From assembly GCA_900290255.1 (NCBI GenBank), contig OMOD01000122.1:14314-78313 (forward strand): 64,000 nucleotides of DNA, in the 5' to 3' direction. Under the pieces are notes generated by a model, which was not told the DNA's origin, did no database searches, and worked only from the letters and a program-made list of their open reading frames with translations. Made by a program: the position numbers and the translations under genes. Positions 53,501 to 59,896 of the stretch are shown in pieces (the first letter of the stretch is position 1; each line of letters starts with the position of its first letter). The stretch comes from Candidatus Sulfotelmatobacter kueseliae (lineage in GTDB: Bacteria; Acidobacteriota; Terriglobia; Terriglobales; Acidobacteriaceae).

Positions 53501-55654
53501 CTCGATCAAGCCGCGGGCCCGGATGTAATCGGGATCGCGGCGCAGATGGGGATCGATGCCAGGTCCCAGTTCTTCGGGTGTGAAAAAAGAGATCGATTCG
53601 ACGGCATTGCAGAGGTTGCGCCACAGCTGATCGAGATTGGCCGCTCCCGGGAAGCGGCCCGTCATACCGATCACCGCGACACCTTCCCGCAGAAGCCCGT
53701 CCTCGGTGGCCGGATTTCGTTCTGACTTGGGCTGCGGATTCCGCCGATGCCGCGCCCGCTCTTCAGCTTCGGCAACCAGATCGGACTTGCTCTCACTCTC
53801 TTCTAGGAACTCTGCGAGCTTCGCGATCGTGGGATACTGAAAGACCTTGACGGGAGGAATCTCGCGCCCAAAGCGCGTGTGATACTGATTCACCATACGG
53901 ACCGCTGCCAGCGAATTGCCGCCGAGATCGAAGAAGCTGTCATCAATTCCAACCTCTTCGAGTTGCAGCAGCTCGCACCAGAGACTTGCCAGTTGCCTTT
54001 CGGCTGCTGTGCGCGGAGCGATAAATTCCTGGGCGAGCAGCGGCCGTTTGCCCTCGGGCCGGGGCAGGGCTTTGCGATCAATCTTGGCGTTCGGAGTCAG
54101 AGGGAATTTCTCCAGACGCACGAAAACGGAAGGGATCATGTAGTCGGGAAGCGTAGTTTTGAGGAACTGAACGAGAGAGGTGGAACTCAGACCTTCGCGG
54201 CCCGTGTAATAGGCGGCTAGGCGTTTCTCTCCCGGACGGTCCTCGCGTAGGATCACGACGGCCTGGGCGATTCCTTCAACTTTGGCCAGCGAGCTTTCGA
54301 TCTCGCCCAGTTCGATGCGAAAGCCGTGGAGCTTCACCTGGTTGTCGAGACGCCCCAGAAATTCCAGTGAACCGTCGGGCCGATAGCGGACTTGGTCACC
54401 AGTACGGTAGAGCCGCTCACCCCGTCCCTCGCGGGTGGGATCGAGGACAAACCGTTCAGCCGTCCACTCGGGGGGGTTGAGATACCCACGAGCCAAACCC
54501 GCACCGCCAATCCAGAGCTCGCCGGGAGTCCCTTGGGAAACCGGTTTGTGGTTTTCATCGAGCAGGTGGAATTGCGTGTTGGCAATGGGTGTGCCGAGCG
54601 AGACCAGGTCGGGTGAGGTCACGCGCTCAGTCGAGGACCAGATCGTGGTCTCCGTCGGCCCATACATGTTCCAGAGTTCGCGGCAGCGAGGCAGCAATTG
54701 CCGAGCGATGTCCGCGGTCAGAGCCTCTCCCCCGCAAAAGACTCGCAGGTCACTCTTTCCTTCCCAGCCGTTTTCGAGAAGCATGCGCCAGGTCGCCGGC
54801 GTCGCCTGCATCACGGTGATCGCGTGTTGATGTAGCAGCGTCTGGAGTTCACGGGCGTCCGCAGCCTGTTCCGCAGTGGCGAGAACAATCTCGGCGCCGC
54901 AGACCAGCGGGAGCAGGAATTCCAGGAGCGAGATGTCAAAGGAACTCGTCGTGACCGCCAGGAGCCGATCGGAAGAAGCTATGCCCGGTGTTTCCGCCAT
55001 CGACAGCAAGAAATTGACCAGTGCCCGGCGCTGGATCATGACCCCCTTGGGTTTTCCCGTCGAGCCCGAAGTGTAAATCAGATAGGCGAGATGTTCGGGC
55101 TTTCCAGATGAGGCGAGGTTGGTCGCCGGCAGCCCGGCGATCGACTGATTCTCGACGTCGAGTGAAATAACTCGCGCAGCAGTTTCCGGCAGGCTCCCCC
55201 GCTTGGAAGAATGTGTCAGGAGAAGAGGGACTGCGGAGTCCGCCAGCATGAACGCCAGACGGTCGTTCGGAAACTTCGGATCCAGGGGCAGGTAAGTTCC
55301 GCCGGACTTGAGGATGGCAAAAAGGCTCACAACGGAAGCGAACGAACGGTCAAGATACACACCCACCACGCTCTCAGGACCGACTCCTTGCTGGCGAAGG
55401 AAGTGTGCTAGGCGGTTTGAGCGGGAATTCAGCTCCCGGTAGGAAATTCGTTCTGCACCCAGGGAGAGCGCGGGAGCGTCAGGCGTACGCTCGGCTTGCT
55501 CCTCAATCAGCTCGTGCGGGCCTCGCCGCAGGGGCGCAAAAGTTCTTGCGACACCACGAGTCAGTTTCCCGTGACCCGGGCCACTAGTCTTGGAGGGCGC
55601 TGTCGAACCACCATCCCGGACTGCAATTTCTTCGACATCACTGCGTAACTTCAT
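47576..55654 (-). CDS. Hybrid NRPS-PKS megasynthase, domain order A-T-KS-AT-T-C-T-(GNAT-like), 2692 aa
   Basis: Single uninterrupted ORF. The core motifs of every domain were located by eye (see the domain sub-features). Confidence 0.95.
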   Translation of the reverse strand: MKLRSDVEEIAVRDGGSTAPSKTSGPGHGKLTRGVARTFAPLRRGPHELIEEQAERTPDAPALSLGAERISYRELNSRSNRLAHFLRQQGVGPESVVGVYLDRSFASVVSLFAILKSGGTYLPLDPKFPNDRLAFMLADSAVPLLLTHSSKRGSLPETAARVISLDVENQSIAGLPATNLASSGKPEHLAYLIYTSGSTGKPKGVMIQRRALVNFLLSMAETPGIASSDRLLAVTTSSFDISLLEFLLPLVCGAEIVLATAEQAADARELQTLLHQHAITVMQATPATWRMLLENGWEGKSDLRVFCGGEALTADIARQLLPRCRELWNMYGPTETTIWSSTERVTSPDLVSLGTPIANTQFHLLDENHKPVSQGTPGELWIGGAGLARGYLNPPEWTAERFVLDPTREGRGERLYRTGDQVRYRPDGSLEFLGRLDNQVKLHGFRIELGEIESSLAKVEGIAQAVVILREDRPGEKRLAAYYTGREGLSSTSLVQFLKTTLPDYMIPSVFVRLEKFPLTPNAKIDRKALPRPEGKRPLLAQEFIAPRTAAERQLASLWCELLQLEEVGIDDSFFDLGGNSLAAVRMVNQYHTRFGREIPPVKVFQYPTIAKLAEFLEESESKSDLVAEAEERARHRRNPQPKSERNPATEDGLLREGVAVIGMTGRFPGAANLDQLWRNLCNAVESISFFTPEELGPGIDPHLRRDPDYIRARGLIEGADLFDAAFFGINPLEAKVMDPQQRIFLELAQQALENAGYDPERYKGRIGVFAGIGDNHYYTTNLLTQPDLLAMAGKLAVEYGNQKDYIALRTAYLLDLRGPAVSLNTACSTTLLTIDEAYHSLLDYECDIALSGGIDITVPQRSGFLYQQGGTFSKDGHCRPFDADATGTMFCDGAGVVVLKRYAEALADGDTIYAVIRGTGKNNNGARPASFLAPSVDGQAEAIALAQANANVPVETIGYIEAHGTGTPVGDPIEFEALRRVFENKTDKKNFCYIGSIKGNIGHPTNAAGVAGLIKAALVLHREQIPPTLHFKTPNPKIDFGGSPFLMADKLIPFPRGKGVRRTAVSSFGFGGTNVHVILEEAPVAKSGRPSRPLQLLPLSAKSPAALDAYSRALAEHLASAPEDLADVAYTFQTGRKQLAQRRFVVAADSGDAAKLLLQPNPLRCGSKRCERRDPPIVFLFGGQGTQYVNMGLNLYRDEPLFRAVVDDCCECLKPHLGRDLRELLYPQSGDEETAQISLRDTFFTQPSIFVIEYALARFWQSLGVEPALMAGHSIGEFVAATLAGVWDLEDALSVVALRGRLMQELPRGSMMAVSSSAESVAKILPPGLQLASNNAPALCVVSGPEENIAQFRKQLEAENFVCRQLHTSHAFHSAMMDPMIEPLRQAVAKIRLRAPAKPFVSTVTGRSITAAETSNPAYWANHARATVEFSKAILCLKEQGHDFFLECGPRSTMCALARQHFTPDHPCTAIPTFADTAENNTEWATLLFALGSLWQNGVSIEWEGFYTNEERHRIPLPTYPFERQRFWVDPAEASTAQNPENRSSSAAAGVRVEPSTEPSVAPSALPSALTEAVTSGRGAGSRKDRIAARVIDLLLPVSGRERSQIDTSATFMEQGFDSLSLTQVAFAVQKEFSVKVSFSQLMKQFPNIDMLAAHLDSTLPAEALAEATPIPTANSLADVRTNAQPSIQSKGSTLEEAVVEQARTIARLVALLEKGGGNRIAAEDETPVVQKLSTDGSKPAIVRSSPRDIEATVPQRGIFSSSRLSERLSASYNESMTLRFTGKISVAKMMGAMERLVERHDALRTSFDETGRMMKIAPALKIAMPVTDLSMQVPANEPDWQEQRFRKLIADETALPFPLPAGPLFRCQMVLLGAERAAVIITAHHIICDGWSLDVLIHDLCAFYSEELSGAPVHLELADSYGDYVKNTTERERSAEFKQAGNYWHAKFHDGFPVLVLPTDHPRSARREFNARRLDHSISASVVRDLRALGAEHNCSFFAVLLSSLAILLARISRQHRFVITLPTAEQPSIGQPGLVGHCVNLLPFAVELREGEAAEAFLKRVQADLLAAHEHAIFTMVSLMEDLHPAAPTPGISPISVGLTNIKKFKQNELPQFGFAVDYEANPKAFESFELYLNVVEAEENLALHCHYDIKLFADLTVREWLVTLGSIFEELAADPSRKVTQLARLKWSETASATEIVYKRIPNREMTRQSVSPALGSTPGAPQQFSDTPTISGMSEATLVQSLIPLWQRVLNGSEIGPDDDFFALGGHSVAAAQLFALIQSELGCTPPLAALYDAPTPRKLASVLGRGMKAEDGPSLGLARKDPGLRPFAVDDIPQVADLWWKFLRYGKGAPPSGLHSYFEELYFRSPLIDERTPSRVYEGKNGRIVGFLGVVRRKMSLRGRPLCIAVGGNFVVAPEARSSLAGLRLLTAYMAGEQDISLTDSANDISRSLLERMGFRTIMPLSMHWARPLRLTNYAAHAMSKLAGPTLSASLRIAARPFCSVVDAIGARLPFSPLRPIPSHLQAAELDVEVLLHCLAKFRSDHSILPDYEVDSLKWLLTFMERMHPRSELRKIVLRDDRQKVVGWYIYYPKIGDVAQAVQIGGESRFGKDILDHLFYDAWSQGAVGLHGTAPIHLMDALSQKNCFFTCGRGGWTIAHSRKPELLELLVRGDASLSRLDGEWCLNFDD
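47579..48682 (-). other. C-terminal ~370-aa tandem GNAT-like domain (paralogue of 25976-27310); not a TE or R domain
   Basis: No GxSxG or Rossmann motif. FVVAPEARSSLAGLRLL resembles GNAT motif A. Collinear similarity to the stand-alone 444-aa protein. Confidence 0.55.
48731..48943 (-). other. Peptidyl carrier domain T3 (Ser2273), no cognate A domain in cis
   Basis: DDFFALGGHSVAAAQL. Confidence 0.8.
49100..50413 (-). other. NRPS condensation domain
   Basis: HHIICDGWS (HHxxxDG at residues 1886-1892), preceded by ATVPQRGIFSSSRL and followed by YGDYV and LPTDHPR. Confidence 0.8.
50675..50902 (-). other. PKS-type acyl carrier domain T2 (Ser1620)
   Basis: FMEQGFDSLSLTQVAF. Confidence 0.8.
51215..52126 (-). 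other. Acyltransferase domain (Ser1275), malonyl-type HAFH motif
   Basis: FLFGGQGTQY, MAGHSIGEFVAA, LHTSHAFHSAMM. Confidence 0.85.
52409..53686 (-). other. Ketosynthase domain (Cys828, His964, His1004)
   Basis: VAVIGMTGRFPGA, SLNTACSTTLLTI, IEAHGTGTPVGDPIE, GSIKGNIGHPTNAAG, SSFGFGGTNVHVILEE. Confidence 0.9.
53801..54013 (-). other. Peptidyl carrier domain T1 (Ser581)
   Basis: DDSFFDLGGNSLAAVRM. Confidence 0.85.
54050..55522 (-). other. NRPS adenylation domain (residues ~45-535), predicted glycine-specific
   Basis: LAYLIYTSGSTGKPKGV, SSFDISLLE, NMYGPTETT, GELWIGGAGLARGY, YRTGD, PNAKIDR. Hand-extracted 10-residue code: D-I-L-Q-F-G-M-I-W-K. Confidence 0.85.
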
Positions 55655-55747
55655 CGGCCTCAGTCGAGCCGCAAATGCAGCTAACGATATAGGGGTTAGA
55701 GGGAGCAGGGGAGAGTTTATAGCATAGCCGAGGCCCCTTACGCTGTC

Positions 55748-55763
55748 TGTGATTCAAATCACA
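55748..55763. promoter_or_regulatory. Perfect TGTGA-N6-TCACA palindrome (CRP/FNR-family consensus), ~100 nt upstream of the NRPS-PKS start
   Basis: tgtgattcaaatcaca at 55748-55763; start codon at 55654. Confidence 0.4.
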
Positions 55764-55810
55764 AGCAATGGTTGGGCCGGCTTCCTCGAAGAGACTGCCG
55801 GACTTAGCGT

Positions 55811-55831
55811 CCGCTTTCACGCGGAAAGCGG
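55811..55831 (-). terminator. Candidate hairpin between the VOC gene and the NRPS-PKS
   Basis: ccgctttc (55811-55818) pairs with gaaagcgg (55824-55831), an 8-bp stem with a 5-nt loop and no clear U-tract. Confidence 0.25.
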
Positions 55832-55922
55832 CGGCTAACGGCGTAAATGTCTATTTGTTCGGGCTAAGGCTTTGAAAACAGGCAAGATGCCGGTTCACGC
55901 CACTGAGAAAACCCGGAACCGG

Positions 55923-56306
55923 TCATTCTTCATAGATCTCGATAGGCAAGTTGTCCGGATCGCGAAAAAAGGTGAAGCGCTTGTTCGTAAACTCATCCAC
56001 CCGGATGGGCTCTACTTGTACGCCCTTAGCCAGCAAGGCCCGGGCCGCTACCTGAACGTCGTCGACTTCGAAGGCGATGTGGCGCAAGCCGCAGGCCTCC
56101 GGAAACGACAACCGCCTGGGAGGATCAGGGAAAGAAAACAATTCGATCTGGTATGAATTCCCCACCTTCAAATCCAACTTAAAGGATCCTCGCTCCTGGC
56201 GATGGACTTCTCGGACAATCTCAAAGCCAAGCGTCTCTACGTAGAAACGCTTCGACCTCGTGTAGTCAGAGCAAATGACAGCAATGTGATGTACGCGTCT
56301 GAACAT
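55923..56306 (-). CDS. VOC (glyoxalase/bleomycin-resistance/dioxygenase) family protein
   Basis: HHIAVICSDYTRSKRFYVETLGFEIV, GLRHIAFEVDDV, 127 aa. Confidence 0.8.
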   Translation of the reverse strand: MFRRVHHIAVICSDYTRSKRFYVETLGFEIVREVHRQERGSFKLDLKVGNSYQIELFSFPDPPRRLSFPEACGLRHIAFEVDDVQVAARALLAKGVQVEPIRVDEFTNKRFTFFRDPDNLPIEIYEE

Positions 56307-56570
56307 TTCTCCCCTCGAAGCGTCTCGATCGGTCCGAAAGCTAAACGGCGTTCTTAAAGGCGAATCAAGCCCAGCCTGTTGTATCTTGCGTCCTCGTGTA
56401 AGGGCAAGTTCGTTCTTGTTCGCGTTTAGTCATATTTTCGGCGTTTCACATGCAGGAGGATGTGCGGGACTACGGTCTTCTTTGCCGCACTACCTCATAT
56501 TGATACAAAATTGGATTGTCGTCACTTCTGGAAAAGGGTGTGCGAGTAGTATCGATGTGAAGGACGGTCT

Positions 56571-57719
56571 GTGAACCAACAAATCCAATTCTCGAGGAGA
56601 AGAACCGGAGCGCTATGTCTGTGCGCGGTCTCAGCCGTTCTTATGGCCACGCTGTGGCCCTTTGATTTTCTTCCAAGGAATGCCGTCGACTGGATTCAAG
56701 GCACAAACGGACTAAGGTTCAGGAAAGCCGGCGTGGTCCTCAGCAGCGATCCTCTGAAAATGGCAAATACCGAGGCCGATTCGTACAGCGTTGAGGTCTT
56801 GCTTCGGCCGGCAAGCGTCAAGCGGGACTATACGATCTTGGGCTTCCACAACCCGACACGGACGAAACAGTTGCTCGTCAAGCAATGGACGGACGGTCTT
56901 CTGGTGACTCACGATGCTTCCGTCGATCGCGACGGAACGGGAACTATCAAGTTCGATGTTAACCATGCGTTCGTTCCTGACAAACTCGTCCTTGTGACAC
57001 TCTCTTCGGGGCCAAGTGGAACGAGAGCTTATCTGAACGGCCGACCGGCAGGTTCTTTCCCTCGATTCAAGATCTCACGCAGTGAATTGGCAGGCGAGAT
57101 CGTTCTTGGGACTTCACCAGTGACCTACCAGCCATGGCCGGGTGAAATCCATGGTCTTGCCGTCTTCGCAAAAGAGCTCACGGCTGACGAAGCACTCCAG
57201 CACTACCATGACTGGAGCAATCCTGACGGCCGCACCCCGGATCGTGAAGCAGCGATCGCTCAGTACAGCTTTACTGAGGGGGCGGGCCGTGAAGTTCAGA
57301 ACGACATATCCTCCGAACCGAATCTGCGAATACCTTCAGCTTTCTCAGTCCCGCACAAAGCCTTGTTGCGGCCTGCGGCCGAGGAGTTCAGGCCTGACCG
57401 GCGCTACGCGTTCGACATCGTGATCAATATCGCGGGATTCGTTCCGTTAGGTCTGATTATGTGCTCGTATCTCATGTGGACGAAAGGTCGTTGGAGAGCG
57501 ACCCTGATCGCCATCTTCCTCTGTGGAACGCTGAGCTTCATGATTGAGGTGTTGCAGTACTACATCCCGCGACGGGAATCGGGAACGACCGACGTCATCA
57601 CGAACACGCTGGGAGCTGCTCTGGGTGCCGCGCTCGTCCATGCAAGTGTCTTTCGGCTGATACTAGAGAAGATGACGCTAATCCCCGGCGCTCAAGGGGC
57701 CTCGCAACACGGACGATGA
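56571..57719 (+). CDS. VanZ-like membrane protein with N-terminal anchor and LamG/concanavalin-like extracytoplasmic domain
   Basis: C-terminal VINIAGFVPLGLIMCSYL...FLCGTLSFMIEVLQYYIPRRESGTTDVITNTLGAALGAAL is VanZ-like. The middle region (SVEVLLRPASV...YLNGRPAGSF) looks like a lectin/LamG beta-sandwich. Confidence 0.65.
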   Translation: MNQQIQFSRRRTGALCLCAVSAVLMATLWPFDFLPRNAVDWIQGTNGLRFRKAGVVLSSDPLKMANTEADSYSVEVLLRPASVKRDYTILGFHNPTRTKQLLVKQWTDGLLVTHDASVDRDGTGTIKFDVNHAFVPDKLVLVTLSSGPSGTRAYLNGRPAGSFPRFKISRSELAGEIVLGTSPVTYQPWPGEIHGLAVFAKELTADEALQHYHDWSNPDGRTPDREAAIAQYSFTEGAGREVQNDISSEPNLRIPSAFSVPHKALLRPAAEEFRPDRRYAFDIVINIAGFVPLGLIMCSYLMWTKGRWRATLIAIFLCGTLSFMIEVLQYYIPRRESGTTDVITNTLGAALGAALVHASVFRLILEKMTLIPGAQGASQHGR

Positions 57720-58347
57720 GTTGGATTCTGAATCAGTGACCTACCACAGATTGCTGTGCGCAATCAACGGCTTGCCGCCCCCGCAAGACGCGCAACGTCG
57801 TTCTCCTAATCAGCAAATCAACCGACCCTGGCGTCTTCTTTTCTCACACGGTTAACAAAGTGTGTAAGGGTCAGCAATGAGAATGCTTTCCAGGCCGGGA
57901 AACGAACGAGCCGATGGTACGCTGATAGAGAATCCGACGGAGGAAAGGGCTTGCTTTCGGATCGGAGGGAGTAGATAATCGTCCCCATCTTTGGGGCAAC
58001 ATGGGGACGGGGATCGCGCTCAACGAGGACTAGAAGGGAACTGTTAGATGAACTTGCGGGCGACCAAAGCCCAACCAATGGGGCTCTGGAAATGGCTGAA
58101 GTCTCAGATTGTGCAGCGCGTGCCGGAAGCGGACGCATTGTGCGAATATGACTGCCGCAAGCAGCAGTGCGTCGACGGAGAATGGGCGACCTGCGAGCGG
58201 AGACTAGAGAAAGCGAAAGGGGAGCTGTGGCCAGAGTCTCCTCCCGCAGCTCGTCGGGCAAACGGCCGCCCATAGCGGCCTCGATTCCTCAAAGTAGCGT
58301 GCCCTCGGTGGAGTAACCGGGACCCCTCCTGCACGAGACGAAGCTTT

Positions 58348-58664
58348 ATGAAGAAAGACACCCGCCTAAGGTTCAGAGTCAGCCCAAATCTCAAGAGAGA
58401 CATCGAAGCAATCGCGACTCGCGAAGGCAGAGTGTTGCTCGGATATGCGAAGCCTTCATCGTGGTCAGATCCGACGTATATAAGAAGCAAGGAGCGAACT
58501 TCTATAGTTCGGGACGTCTGGAAGCTGCACTGCTTCTATCCAGACATGTCCAACTCTCCAGGGAACAACCGTATTCGAAATCGAGCCGGAACCTTGACCG
58601 CGCGCTGCGCTTCTGGCCGACCGCAGGGCAGCAGCGGACTTCTCCTTGGGCAGTCATGAAGTGA
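58348..58664 (+). pseudogene. Frameshifted ribbon-helix-helix (CopG/antitoxin-like) gene
   Basis: MKKDTRLRFRVSPNLKRDIEAIATREGR (frame of 58348) continues sensibly as SVARICEAFIVVRSDVYKKQGANF... only after a 1-nt slip at ~58431, into the frame of ORF 58461..58664. Confidence 0.4.
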
Positions 58665-58675
58665 CCGTGCCGGGG

Positions 58676-58840
58676 GAGGAAGATGTTTTCCGGCTTCAGA
58701 TCACCGTGGGCGATTCCCTTGTTGGGGGCCGCGCCGATGCCGCACACGATCTGCTCAGCAGACTCAATCGCCCCGCGCACGGGCAGGGAACCGAAACGCC
58801 GCCGCTAACGCAAGGTCTCGCCCTCCAGCGCAAACGCGGA
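58676..58840 (-). pseudogene. Remnant of a Ser/Thr protein kinase (subdomains V-VIb only, with in-frame TAG)
   Basis: AFALEGETLR-TAG(58807-58805)-RRRFGSLPVRGAIESAEQIVCGIGAAPNKGIAHGDLKPENIFL. The catalytic-loop motif H-x-D-L-K-P-E-N is present, but the sequence loses kinase character immediately after it. Confidence 0.5.
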
Positions 58841-59167
58841 ATTCTTGCGCAAGGGGACTGCACACCTCTTGTCGAGATATTCGAGAATCTCCAGGAACCG
58901 GGGTATCGCCTCCTCCCGGCGCGCGATGACCTCTACGACAAGCTCTCCAGGAAACGAGCCGCACTGCCGGTTCAGTGCCACAATAAGTTCTTGGATCTCC
59001 AGGATAAATGTCGGAGTAACATCTAGGAGGAGTCTGCTGGCATTCCTTTTGAATGGATGTCCAGCGAGATGCACACACGCACTGGAATCGTCAGTGCGGG
59101 CGGCTAGCGTTCTCTGTGCTTGGCCAAGACCGGATTTGCCCTGGCCAGTGAGTGGTGTCTATCTAAT

Positions 59168-59422
59168 ATGAAGCCGAACAAGATCTTAAGAAACCTTATC
59201 CTTGAAGTCGTCGATGACCAGATCAGCAGCGGGGAGCCGCCCGAGACTAGGGTAACGTACCATCGTCTCGTGAAAGATGGAATCGAAGAGCAGGAAGCAA
59301 AGCGGCTGATCGCGTGTGTGCTGGCTAGCGAACTCTTCGATGTTATGAAATCGGAGCAGCCCTACGACCATGATCGATACGCTAAAGCCCTCAATCGTCT
59401 GCCCGAATTGCCGTGGGATTAG
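59168..59422 (+). CDS. Small conserved hypothetical protein
   Basis: ORF 59120..59422; ATG 59168. An 84-aa acidic helical protein ending LNRLPELPWD. Confidence 0.45.
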   Translation: MKPNKILRNLILEVVDDQISSGEPPETRVTYHRLVKDGIEEQEAKRLIACVLASELFDVMKSEQPYDHDRYAKALNRLPELPWD

Positions 59423-59896
59423 AACAATAGACCAGCTAAGGATCTACTGCCCAGTGCTGGGTCGACCAAGGCATTCCCATCCTCACGCGGGATCGGTACT
59501 TCGCCGGGCTTTCGCTCAAACAGCGGATCTCAATCCTGTAGTGGACGGAGACGCAGTGAGCCGACGTGCAGTCGTCGTACCCTATTTGCGACTCAGATAT
59601 AGTCTTGAGTGTCATGGAAAGAGAGAATGCCGGCGCGGGGAAGGTAGGATTGTCTTGGGCGGTAGACAAGGGTCTCGCCCAGGAGGGCAGAATGCAGGAT
59701 GCAGGAATGCCCGATTTCGCCAGGTGCTTAGCTGCGTGGGCGATTAGGGAAATTACTGAATTGGTTGGGGCTGGCAGCCGGGTTGACCCGCCGCCACCGA
59801 TCTTGCCCGCCTGGTTATAGGAAGGGCAGTGCAGCGCCCAACGATTCGAAGTCGCAGTGAGACCTTACTAATTGCGCGGGAAAAGGATGCTGATCG

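Noticed and set aside
58048-58275. 75-aa ORF (MNLRATKAQPMGLWKWLKSQIVQRVPEADALCEYDCRKQQCVDGEWATCERRL...) as a real Cys-rich small protein.
   Set aside because: No clear RBS and no recognisable family, and it lies in the decayed region. I left it unannotated.
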